From contig NC_043009.1 of NCBI RefSeq assembly GCF_006345805.1, forward strand, positions 16,740,001 through 16,804,000: a DNA stretch of 64,000 bases, read 5' to 3'. The position numbers and the translations under genes are program-made. The first letter of the stretch is position 1, and each line of letters starts with the position of its first letter. The notes under the pieces were generated by a model. The model had not been told where the DNA came from, made no database searches, and saw only the letters and a list, made by a program, of their open reading frames with translations. Positions 37,057-49,303 of this stretch are shown piece by piece. Source of the stretch: Octopus sinensis. Its lineage: Eukaryota.

Positions 37057-38792
37057 CTATCTCTATCCTTCTATTATACTCTCACCTCTCACCTGGCACA
37101 AAGCCACTACCCTCAGTTCCCCTCCATCTCCAAATTGAGATGTCTTCATCTTGCAAGTCACTTGGTGACCCCACTGGTGTTGGTGCCATGTAAAAAAGCA
37201 CCCAGTACACTCTGTTAAGGGGTTGGAATTAGAAAGGGCATCCAGCCATTAAAACAATGCCAAAGCAGACATTGGGGCCTGATGCAGCTCTTTGGCTTAC
37301 CAACTCCTATCAAACTATCCAATCCATATCAGCATGGAAAATGGATGTTACATGATGATAATGATGAGGATGGTTTTTATATATATGCCTCTAAGTCCAG
37401 GTGCAGAAGGGAAAAAGTGGGCCCTACCCCTATTGATACATAACACCTACCTTAATGTAATACTGATCCCATGTATTGTATCTTGGGCATCTAAATGTGG
37501 CAGAGTTCGTTACTTTCCAAGTATCATAGCTGATTTCTTCTAGTGAGAGAAAGTAAAGGAGAAGTAACAGCTAGTATTTATCGACCCAAAAGGAATGCAG
37601 AGTACACACACGCACACGCACACATGCACGCACACACACACACACACGCACACACTCACACACATACATATAGAGAGTGAGATTTGTATAGTTGTGTTAA
37701 GAAATAGAATGGTCAGTGAAATACGACATCAAATATTTTATAGAAACATTTGTGTGCTTGGGGTATACCTGTGTCTGCGTACGTGACAGGCTAACACACC
37801 TGTAATCATTATTATAATAGACTGACAAGGTAGTGAGCTGACAGAACTTTTAGCACACTGGCCAAAATGCTTTGTAGCTTTTAATTGATCTTTACGTTGT
37901 GAGTTCAAATTGTTGCTAAGGTTGACTTTGCCTTTAATCTTTTCAGGATTGATAAAATAAGTACCAGTTGCACACTGGGGGGTCAATGTAATCGACTATC
38001 CCCTTCCCCCAAATTTCAGGCCTTGTGCCTACAGCAGAAAGGATTGTTATAGTAGATTGACACCATTACTGATCTTTATATTTTGTCTTGTTGGAACTAT
38101 TGTTATTATTATTCGGTGAGACCTATTAAGCTGTTAGTTTAGTTATAGCATTTAGAACATCTGATACAAAATGTGAATCTGATTGATTGCTGATGACATT
38201 GTAACACAATTTCTTGCCTCTATCTCCTTCGTACAATGTTTTCTTTTATAGCGCAGAACACGTGTATGTTTAATGAATCAGAATTTTTTCTAAACCCTGC
38301 CAGCTCTATTGTGGTCTTGGATATTGATGTAGATATCAAGCAACAATTATTTGTGCGTCCATGAGTGTGGGTGTGTATGAGAGAGATAGAGAGAGTGTCA
38401 GCAAAGTAGAGAGCGCATATCTATATATACATATACACACACACACATACTTATACACATATACATACATACACATGCAACATTCAAGTGGTACTTGTTT
38501 GGCAAGTGACTTGATCTGAGAACTTATGTTGAAAGTGAAACAATTATAAAGAAGTATTATTTCAGTTATTTCTGAAGACACAAAAGACATGTTTATTTAC
38601 CATTTGTTAACAGTAAAGTCTGATAAAAAGCATTAAAAATGTCCATTGCACTGTTGTGACCTGGTCTCTGAAACAATTCAGATGTCATGTTACCATATGA
38701 GTGACCAGATCAGAAAAGTACAATGAAGTGTTATCGATCCTTTCAAACAGACTGCACTACAACTCTGCACTACAACTCACAGTGTGATTCAA

Positions 38793-39012
38793 CCCTTTGG
38801 CATTCAGATTCTTCTGTAAACTTTAATATTTATTTATTCACAGTGTTTTCAATTAATTATGCATTATCTCATAGCTGTGAGACTTTGATGATGTGATTGC
38901 TTATTTTTATTATGCCACTGTAGGGTAGGTGTGAGTGGTTTGATCAGGCTGGTTAGAACATAAAACAAATCAAATATTCAGGCCGGGTATGGCTTGTTTA
39001 AATGCTAAAGGG
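38793..39012. mobile_element. piggyBac-type (TTAA) MITE
   Basis: CCCTTTGGCATT...AATGCTAAAGGG-TTAA. Confidence 0.8.
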
Positions 39013-39569
39013 TTAAGTATTGAATAGAATAAATCTATAACATATGATGAGATCAATGTTGCTTTTCATCGTTTTGAGATTGATGAAAATATATCAGTGT
39101 TGGGTGGTGGATTAGCGGAATTGAAAGAGTGATGGTTGAGATTGCCTTGTGGTTTAGCAAAGTATTGCAGGTTCAAATTCAACTTACTTTCATGAAAAAA
39201 AAAAAAAAAAGTTGCCCCATTGAGGAATGGCAAAAGTGGTTGTATGCTGAGGAAGTCTTCAAGCAAGTGTCTAAACATTTTTGGTTTTCACTCTCAATAC
39301 CAGTACTCCAGCTTGCACAAAGGAATGCACGTGGCCTTTCGAGCTTTGTGCAATTGACTGAAAATAGAGGAATAAATGAGAGGCACACACAGAGATGTAT
39401 TGTTAAAAATTTTAATTTGTGACCACATGGTTTCAGGTTCAGTCCTACCATGTGGAATCTTGAGCAGGTGCATTCTACATTAACCAGCCTTGTAAGTGAA
39501 GTTTAAGAGATGAAGACTGTACTACTGCATAATGTTTGTGTGTATATACTGATATATGTTGTATATTGT

Positions 39570-40642
39570 TTACATTATTTACATTCAATGGATATTTGTC
39601 CTCATCTTGTTTGTTGTTAACATATTCCGGCTGATATACCTTCCAGCTTTCTTCAGGTGTCTTGGGGAAATTTCAAACCTGGGTTCTCATCCCTAAGGTA
39701 TTTGTCGATGTTATTATTATTATTATTATTATTATTGTTCAGGTCACTGCTCAGAATCTTGGGGTTAGTAGCCTGCACTCTTAACCACTATGCCATATGC
39801 CCATGGGTAATTATGGAGTGAATTTTAGGGCTTATAAATCTAATATTTTTCTATCTTTCCTTAATATTGGTTCCCATATGCTGCTCATATCTGCACTCGG
39901 TCTGCTTAGGAGGGTGTTGTGTCCTAGCATATGTACTGCTTCTTTTAGTTTTCGTATTTTCCAGTGGTGTTTTCTGTCTATTATGCATCGGTAATAGCCA
40001 ATATATACATGAAATACTTTGCCTATTATTCACCGGTAATAGCCAATATATTACATGGAATACTTTGAGAATTTGTCTTAAGGATCATCACCACTAAAAC
40101 CAACACTATGGCTACGATATGTTGATGACACCTTTATTCTCTGGCCCCACCAGGAAGATGTCCAAGTGCTGTTAGATCATGTGAACTCAATACAGCCATC
40201 TATACAGTTCACAATGGAAAAAGAAAAAGACAATCAGCTGGCATTCCTGGACGTATTAATAACACGTACCAAGTATGGATTCAGGACATCCATATACTGC
40301 AAGCCAACCTTCACTGGAGGATACCTCAGCTTCAATTCCCACCATCCATAGAGTGTAAAGAGAGGGATTGCTCAGTGCCTAAAACATCATGCAAAGAATA
40401 TATGTAACGATCGTGATACACCCCACGAAGAAATGATCAAGCTCAATAACAATCTGTTAAGCAACAACTATCCCAAAAGTATACTATCCACTCCAATTAT
40501 GAAAAGGAGAGAAGATGAGGCCAAAAAACTGTCCACAGTCTGTCTACTCTATGTGAAAGGCCTCTCCAAAAAGATACAAAAGATATGCAGCCCATATGAC
40601 ATCAGGACAGTATTCAAGAGTAATACAACACTTCGCAAACGT
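39570..40642 (+). mobile_element. Penelope/Poseidon-type retroelement fragment with an inverted pseudo-LTR
   Basis: RT at 40095-40640 reads KPTLWLRYVDDTFILWPH...IQFTMEKE...FLDVLI...KPTFTGGYLSFNSHHP...LYVKGLS; the upstream segment carries a minus-strand hammerhead-like core (CTGAAGA 39656-39650). Confidence 0.88.
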
Positions 40643-43600
40643 TACAACTAATGAAGTTGATAACCAGACTCCATTTCACCTGACCATGTAGCAAATTCCA
40701 TGAGCGAATTCAAATATGATCCTGAAGAAGGAGTAACCTTCGAGGCTTACTTTCAAAGATTTGAACAAATTTTTTAAAAAGAATGTCAAGATTGCACAGA
40801 TGGAATGAAAACACATCTAGTTTTTTAAAAACTAGTGACAGCAGAGCATGAGAAGTATAGTAGCTTCATATTGCCCAAAAAAGCGTCCGGCATAAATTTC
40901 ACCTACGCACTTGGCATTCTGTGCAAAATGTTTAGTGAAAAGAGCTCACTGTTTTATACTAGATAGGGATGTTTAAACATAGAAAAGAGCAAAGATGAAG
41001 ACTTCACTACTTACACAGACAGAGTCAACAAAGAATCTGAGTGATTTAGGCTGGATATGCTTACTCCAGATTCTTTCAAGTGTTTGGTTTTTGAACAAGG
41101 ATTGACAAATGAAAGGGATGCAGAAATCCAAATGAAGATTCTAGCAAAACTGGAAATGAACCAGGATTTGACATTACAGAAACTGTTGGAAGAATGTGAC
41201 ATGATATGGAAATTAATGCATGACGGGGAAGAAATTCAACGGAAAGAGTGTTTTCACATAAGACCAGTGCAGAAAAGTTGTAAGCCAAATAAAGTGTTAC
41301 AGGAAAACTCGAAAAGATATTGGGATGTAGACCCATGTACAGCATGTGGTAGGATGCACCTGAAAAAGATTGTCCGTATAAATAAGCAAAGTGTTTTTGC
41401 TGCAGGTTTACAGGACATAAATTCATACTGCAAGACTAGAATGATAGGAAAATGGAACAAACAAAAAAAAATAATAATTTGTTAGCAGGAAACGTTGTGA
41501 CTGCAACAAACAGAATATACGTGAATGTGAGAATTGAAACCACAAGTTTCAGAATTCAATTAGACATGGGAAGTGACATCACAATCATAAATGAGAAAAC
41601 ATGGGAACGGGCAAAATAGCGTATGGTGTTATAGTAAGAAAATTATATTTCATGAGGGAGCAAGTTTGTAATGTTTAAAGGTCGAACCAAAAACGTGAAT
41701 GTTTATATGTTGAAAAAATTCATGAATTTATTTGGCACTGAATGTATGGAGAAATGTGATTTATGGGATACACCCATAAGCGCTTTGTGCAATAATGGAA
41801 ATGGAGTAGTCAGACAATTGAATGAGGTTGATAAACTGAGACAAAAATGAAAAAATTTCCTAAAAGATTTTTCAGAAGGTTTAGGCTGTTGCACAAAAAC
41901 AAAAGCAAGGATTGCTATCAAAGAAAATTCAAAACCTATTTGCAGGCCCTAATGGAACATGCTGTTTGTGTCGGTAGACCAGGTCAGTAAAGAGCTAGAA
42001 AAGTTAGAATACCTGAATATGATTGAAAAGATTGACCATGCAGAATGGGCAGTACTGGTGGTCTATGTAAAAAATAATGATAATAAGCTAAGAGTGTGCG
42101 CAGACTTCTCAACTAGGTTAAACAACTGTTTGCTTGCACACAGTTACCCACTACAAAACCCAGGAGAAGTACTTGCTAAACTAAACAGAGGGAAAATTTT
42201 CTCAAAGTTGGGCCTCCCAGAGGCATAGCTTCAAATTCAGTTAGAGGAAGATTGAACACATCTTACTAACAATCAAGATGCACCATGGATTGTACAAACT
42301 CAAACAACTGCCATTCGGAGTAAAAGTGGCACCCATCATATTCCAACAAATAATAGAGTGATGTTAAGTGACTGCAACTTTGCCATCACATACATCGATG
42401 ACATTTTGATAAAAAGTGAGTTTTGGGTGTAACACATAAAAGAAAGTATTCAAAGAACTAAGTGAATATGGACTGAAACTGACTGAAGGAAAATGTGAAT
42501 TTTTGTTGGAACAATTAAAATACCTAGGTCAGGTAACTGACGAAAGTGGATGCAGACCAGACCCATCAAGGGTAACAGCAATACAAAATATGCCACCTTT
42601 GACAGATGTGACAATGCTACAAGCATTTCTAGGCTTGGTAAATTATTACCAAATGTACATCCCAAATATACATAAGGTAAGGGCACCACTAAATGAATTA
42701 TTTAAAAAAACAAATACCAAATGGGTTCTGATAGAGAAATGCCAGAAAGCATTTGAGTTAAAAATTGTGTTAACTTCAGACTTGTATCTTACACATTTCA
42801 ACCCAAAGTTAGAAATAATACTAGCTACAGATGCTAGTGAGTATGGGATAAGAGCCGTACTCCTACATAAAGACAACAATGGCAAGTGAAATGCTGTACC
42901 TCACACATCAAGGACATTATTGCAGGCAGAAAAGAGCTATAGTCAGACTGAAAAGCAGCATTGGTTATTATATTTGGCATAAAAAAGTTCAACAGGTTCA
43001 TTCATGGCAGAGGTTTTTGGTTGCAAACTGATCATAGACTTCTTATTCCCAACACATACGGCAAACAGACAGTAGTGGTAGGGTACCATTCTGTTAAACT
43101 ACAATTATAGAATGGAATATCTGCCTTCAAAAAAGTTGGGACATGCCGATGGTCTGTTTTGGTTAATTCGGAAAAATGATGAACCACTGGAGAACACTGC
43201 AATAGCAGCTCTAAGAGTGGAAGCGGAAACAAAAGAAGTGATGTGGAACATTGTATGTGAACTATGAGTAACTTTGGAAGAAATAAAAAGAAATGCAACA
43301 AATGGCAAATTTACTAATGAGACAAAAAGAAAACTGTGGTCGACAAAAGTAAATAAAGAAAGGTCTGATGCAGAGATACGCCAAGATGTGAGCTTGTACT
43401 GTATATGTAATGGCGTACTAATGTACGCTTAGAGGGTGGTCATACCACAGACATAACAGAAGAGAATACTAAAAGAGTTCCATGTGGGACATCCAGGCAT
43501 CTCTAGAAGGAAAGTGCTGATGCGAAGTTTCATATACTGGCTAAGCATGGACAAGGAAGTTGAAAACCTGGTAAAAGGCTGCAGAGGATGTGTGCAGGCA

Positions 43601-44827
43601 GTGAAACTACCTACTACAAAATGTGAACTTTAGCCAGAAGTGAAAATACCATGGTCCCAATTGCATATCAATTCTGCAAGCCTGGTAAATGGATATTGTT
43701 ACTTAATAGTATTGGATCACTACACAAAATGACCTCAGGTTGCAAGGTGTAAACGACCAACCTCATATATGGTAATAAACTTCTTACATGAGCTGTTCAC
43801 AAGATTTGGTGTACCAGATATAATTGTCTCTAATAATGGAACACAGTTTGTATCCTGTGAGTTTAAAAGATTCTTCGAAATGTTTGTTAGAACATAAAAT
43901 TATATCACCTTAAATCGAATGGAAGGTCTGAACAGGTCATGGACACTTTTAAGAGAGCTTTAAAGATAGCTAATAAGGAAGCCATGGACAAGGTCATGAT
44001 CCAACAATTCTTAAGGGTATACAGGATAACTCCGAACCCAAATGCACCAGAAGGAAATTCACCCACAGAATTAATGTTTGCCAGAAAGGTGAAGTCACTT
44101 ACTATTGAAGAAACAAATATGTTCTAGTAAAGACATGTTGAAATTCTTTAGAATTGGTGATAAGGTATTTGTAAGAATGTACAAAAGTGGCAACTAATAC
44201 TGGGAAGAAGGGGAAATCGTAACATACATAGGAAGAATGATGTATGGTGTAAGAAGCAGAAATGGAGTGGAATGGATACATAAAAATCAGCTTAAGGAAA
44301 GAGTCATAGAAAAGGAACCAACAAGAGTAGAAATACCTATGGATTGGCTCTATGACACTTTTCAGGTCCCAACACCATTACAAGAAGTCAAAACCCCATG
44401 TACAAGGAAAAGAAAGAACATTGAATTCTTGAAAGTAGACCCTAAGAAGCTAAGATATTGTATAGATAAAAAAAAAGTCGGAGGTGGGGGTGAATAAAAG
44501 AAATTGATTGTTAAATAGAATAATTAAAATGGGAGATGTATTGTGAAACTGCATACCCCTCCTGGTAAAAAGTGGTAGAAGTCAGCTATTATAAATAGAT
44601 CAATGGTTGGTCGTCAAGAGTAGGTCAAGAGTCAACAGCTCTAGTCGGTGGGTTGTGGAGCTATCAGCGTTAGTAAGACAGAAGACTTTAGTGTATTAAT
44701 ATTCTAGTACAAAGAGATACAATGGTATCCGATGACTAGTAACTATTGTGACTAATAGCATAAAACAGTAACTACGGTACAACGGCAGTCACACATCACA
44801 CCAGTGGGAGGAACCCACTTTACAACA
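40642..44827 (+). mobile_element. Ty3/Gypsy LTR retrotransposon (decayed; 5' LTR absent; 3' LTR ~44490-44827)
   Basis: gag FKYDPEEGVTFEAYFQRF with Cys knuckles; protease LDMGSDITII; RT YIDDILI; RNase H LATDASEYGI; integrase HVGHPG...CRGC and SNNGTQF; purine tract ~44470-44490; terminus TACAACA. Confidence 0.95.
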
Positions 44828-46612
44828 ATATATATGTATAAACACACTTCTCCATAGCCACCTGCTGGCAACTTTTTTCCATCTTCTAAGGGTAAAAACC
44901 CAATCATTCTCAGCTGTTTTCATAGCTATACAGTGTTCGAAATTTACTTTTTTGTCTGTAAAATACCAACATATTCAAAGCTTCCAAAGTTTGTTTATAT
45001 ATAAGCACAAAGTGTGTAGTATGAAGTTTACTTCCCAACTAAATGGTTTTGTATTCAATCCCACTGCACGGCAACAGTTTTCTGTTATAGCCCCTGTCAA
45101 CTTACACATTATCAGTGGATTTGTTTGAAGGTAACTGAAAGAAGAGCCTGTTTTGTGTGTGTGTGTGTGTCTGTCTGTCTGTTCGTCCTTGTCTTGACTT
45201 CACGTGATCGTTGTAAGTGAGTGTCACCATCATGCAAGTAGTGTCCTTCATTTTCAGTCTTCCACGGAATAATTTTTTGGTGATGGGGAAATATTACATT
45301 ATTTGGAAACAGATGAGGATTGGCAACATGAAGGGCATGTGGCCATAGAAAATCCACCTCGACAAATTCTGAGTGACCCAATTGACCATGGAAAAGTGGA
45401 CAATAAAATAATGTTGATGATGATGATAACAAATGTCTTACAAACAGGATAACAAATATTTACTTGCTTCAGTTATTAGACTGTGACCATGCTGGGGCAT
45501 TGAAGAATTTTTAATCAAATGATTCGATCTTAGGACTTATTGCTGTTTTCTTTAAGTCTAGTACTTGTTCTATCAGTTCTCTTTTACAGGGATGTCAACA
45601 CAACAACACCACCTGTTAAGCAGCAGTGGGAGACATCCTCATGCACACACACACACACAACAGGCTTCTTTCAGTTTTCCTCTTCCAAACCCACTCACAA
45701 GGCTTTGGTCAGCCTGAAGATATAGACACTTGCCCAAGGTGCTATGCAATGGGACTGAACCCAGAACCATGTGCTTGGGAAGCAAACTTCTTACCACAGA
45801 GCTACACGTGGGGCCTGTATCTCTAAACCTATGTATAATTTAGTACATGTCTACCTTCCTATAGAAATAGATCCTATGGTTAATCTGCCTGCTCCTCTGT
45901 TTAGTGTGTTTGTGTGTGGGTTCAAACCCATTGCATGGCACCTTGGGCAAGCGTTTATATCTTCTAAAATTTTACTCCATCCATGAATGAACTCAGTGGT
46001 CTTGATAATGAGTTACCAAGCAATATGGCCATTAGCTCCTGGGTGGATTACTTGAATAATTGGTTAGCATTTAGTATACTTGGTGTTATTGATATGCTAC
46101 AGGATGTTACAGATGTTTTGCTGTCATCATTCCTTCATTTAAATATAAGCACAAACAACTGACTCAACACCAGCCAACTTCATTGTTAGCATGTATAAAT
46201 ATGTGTATATTTGAGAACTGTGTGTGTGAGATAGATAGATAGATAGAGAGAGAGAGGGAGAGAGAGAGATAGAGAGAGAGAGAGAGATAGAGATAGGTAT
46301 CATATGTACTACTATGAGTAATGAAAAGGGTGAAAGTGTCTTGCTTGACTAAATGTTCTTCTACCTTGAATGAAGTTTGTTCCTTCTTCTTTCTCTCTTG
46401 CCCCTCCTGTCCTGCTGCTGTTACTGGGGTGAACTATTTATATTTCTTTTATCTTTTACTTTTTTTCAGTCCTTTGACTGCACCAAGAACATTTTTCTTT
46501 TAGACTAGTGCTTATTCTATCTGTGTCTTTTGCCAAACTACTAAGTCATGGAGATGTAAAAACATCAACACCAGTTATCAAGTGGTGGTGAGGGACAGAC
46601 ACAGACACAAAG

Positions 46613-46652
<40 letters not shown>

Positions 46653-47152
46653 ACACGCACACACACACATACATAAAAGTGAATTTGGAGGAATATATTA
46701 CTCAGATGTATTAGCTTCAGTTAAGTCCCAGTCAACTGCTAACCACTTCAATCAGTATTTAATGTCTGGGACTAGAATTTGTTGCTAGTCAAAAGTTTAA
46801 AATAAAACACTACATACTTGTTAATATATCACCACTACAAGCTATAATACTAAATTACCAGTAACTAATATAAACATTAAATTTCATTAAATAAAAACTA
46901 ATAAAAGTACTTATAATTAACTATTATTATAAACCTTGCTAAGTTTAAAGACAATTAAAACTATTTAAAAGGTAAAACTACAAGTGTACGCTGTGTACGC
47001 TTCACTGGATGGAAAAAATTGTCTGGAGTATATATTATTATTAATAGTAAAGAGTATGGAGAGTTGTACATCCACAAAATTTATTTTATAATCTTATACA
47101 GCATCTCATAATGGCCTACACTGAGTTCACTTCGAGGATGACCAAATGGATG

Positions 47153-47238
47153 GACCCTGATGAAACTACACTGGCAGTAATGCAAGGTTGCATTTTCCAC
47201 AGTGAGTAGTAGCTTCAGCAGAAACACATGTGTAGGTC
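47153..47238 (+). ncRNA. decayed type I hammerhead ribozyme with long stem II
   Basis: GACC-CTGATGA(47157)...GAAA(47221)-CACATGTG-TA-GGTC; stem I GACC/GGTC; palindromic stem III; base of stem II unpaired. Confidence 0.6.
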
Positions 47239-47685
47239 ATTATAATGTGTGGCATAAGATTATTGAATAAATTTTGTGCATGTACAAGTTTCCATACTCT
47301 TTAATAATAATAATTATAATAATATATATATATTCTTTTATTCTTTTGTTTCAGTCATTTGACTGTGGCTATGCTGGAGCACCACCTTTAGTTGAACAAA
47401 TTGACCCCAGGACTTATTCTTTGTAAGCGTAGTGCTTATTTTATCAGTCTCTTTTGCTGAACTGTTAAGTTACGGAGATGTAAACATACCAACATCGCTT
47501 GTCAAGCGATGGCGGGGGAACAGACACACAAACATTATATATATACACACACACACATACGACAGGCTTCTTCAAATTTCTGTCTACCAAAGCTATTGTA
47601 GAAGACACTTATCCAAGGTGCCATGCAATGGGACTGAACCCAGGACTGTGTGGTTGGTAAGGAAGCTACTTACCACACAGCAACT

Positions 47686-47735
<50 letters not shown>

Positions 47736-47868
47736 TAGGTGCAAAGTAGTGTTTAGGTATGAGCAGAATTTAGTACCAGTAAAGAGATTTTTTCTCTGTG
47801 ACAACTGCAGTGTATTTGCCTTTAGCAGCTGAAATATATGACAAACATATTTCAACTATCCTAAAGTC

Positions 47869-47910
<42 letters not shown>

Positions 47911-48384
47911 TAGACTTTTATCTTTCTTCATGTGAGTTCCTTAAAGACCTATGTGCTAGGAAAAAGATGGGTTTGCTTAAACAACTTGATGGATGCTGCA
48001 GATATATAGATGATATATTTATACCTAATCATGGTTTCTTTGAATTTTTACTCAGAAAAATATACCCGAGTGAGCTTATAGCCACCAGAAATGGTAACAA
48101 TATCAGAAATATTAATTATTTAGATGTCAATCTAGTAATTAAGGATAATAATGAAATATGTCCTGACATTTATAATCAAAACAGAAGATTTTGGTTTCTA
48201 AGTAGCTTCAATGTTCGGTAGTAAAATCCCTTCTTTTGTTGGTTATGATGTTTTTGAAGGGCAAATTGTTAGATATAGTACTATTATTAATAATTTTTTG
48301 AAAAGAATAAATAAGCTGTTAAGACATTTAGTAAAACAAGGGTATAAATATGGTAAATTGGTTCAAACTTTTAATTGCTGTTTA

Positions 48385-48825
48385 TAATAATAATAATAAT
48401 AATAATGAAATTATTGTATACAGTGCTCAGGTGCACCACAACTTGTCAGAAAGTGTGTATAAAGTATATACAGTAATGTACAAATGTCTGGAAAGTGAAC
48501 AATGTATGAGTCAGATACATGCTTGTGTGTGTATGGAGGGGAGAAAATCAGGTGTAGTGTTGGCAAATCTCAAAAAGCATGGAAGTCTTGAAGGATGCAG
48601 TGCTCCGACGACTAACAACTGATGCCGGCAGTTTGTTCCATGCTTCAGCAACTCTCAGCGTGAAAAAATGTTTCCTGAAGTCATGGGAGCTGTGCTGTTT
48701 TCTGACTTTGTAAATATGTCCACGGGTGTTAGACGGGTGGAGTTTGAAAAGGTGCTCAGAGTTATTGTTTGTAAGATGGTTAATAATTTTATGGGTGTCT
48801 GCCAAGTCAGCTGCCAGACGTTGGA
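48385..48825 (-). mobile_element. CR1-like LINE 3' fragment
   Basis: SNTRGHIYKVRKQ...RKHFFTLRVAEAWNKLP, followed by a 3'UTR and (ATT)n tail. Confidence 0.88.
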
Positions 48826-49081
48826 GTTTAGGTGGGAAACTTGAAATTCTAAATAAATATGGAGTAATATCTAGTCTTCAGCTTAGCAAATATTTATTAG
48901 GATTTGGAAGGTTTATGATTCGAGTTATTTGCTTACTTTGTCACCAATATTGAAACAATTGAGCAAGTAGTAATTACACACTACGTCGTTAATATTTTGT
49001 TGGCCCTTTAAATTCTTGGTGATGGAACCATATGTCTGATTAAACATGTTAAGTGTTTATACTTGTAGTTTTATCTTTTAA

Positions 49082-49303
49082 CCCTTTAGTGTTCACATTA
49101 TTCTGCCAAAATTAATGCTTCTTCATCCACATTGTTTTGAACTAATCATTCATTAATCTTGTAGCTATGAGATTTTGATGAGGTAGCTGTTAATTTTTAA
49201 GACAATATTGTAGGGTTGGTGTGAGAGACCAGATCTGGCAAGTTTGAACATAAAACAGGCAGAAAACTTTTGGCCGAATATGGCCGGTTTAAATGCTAAA
49301 GGG
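49082..49303. mobile_element. piggyBac-type MITE, 222 bp
   Basis: TTAA-CCCTTTAG...CTAAAGGG-TTAA; the empty site is preserved in the opposite arm at ~46965. Confidence 0.92.
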
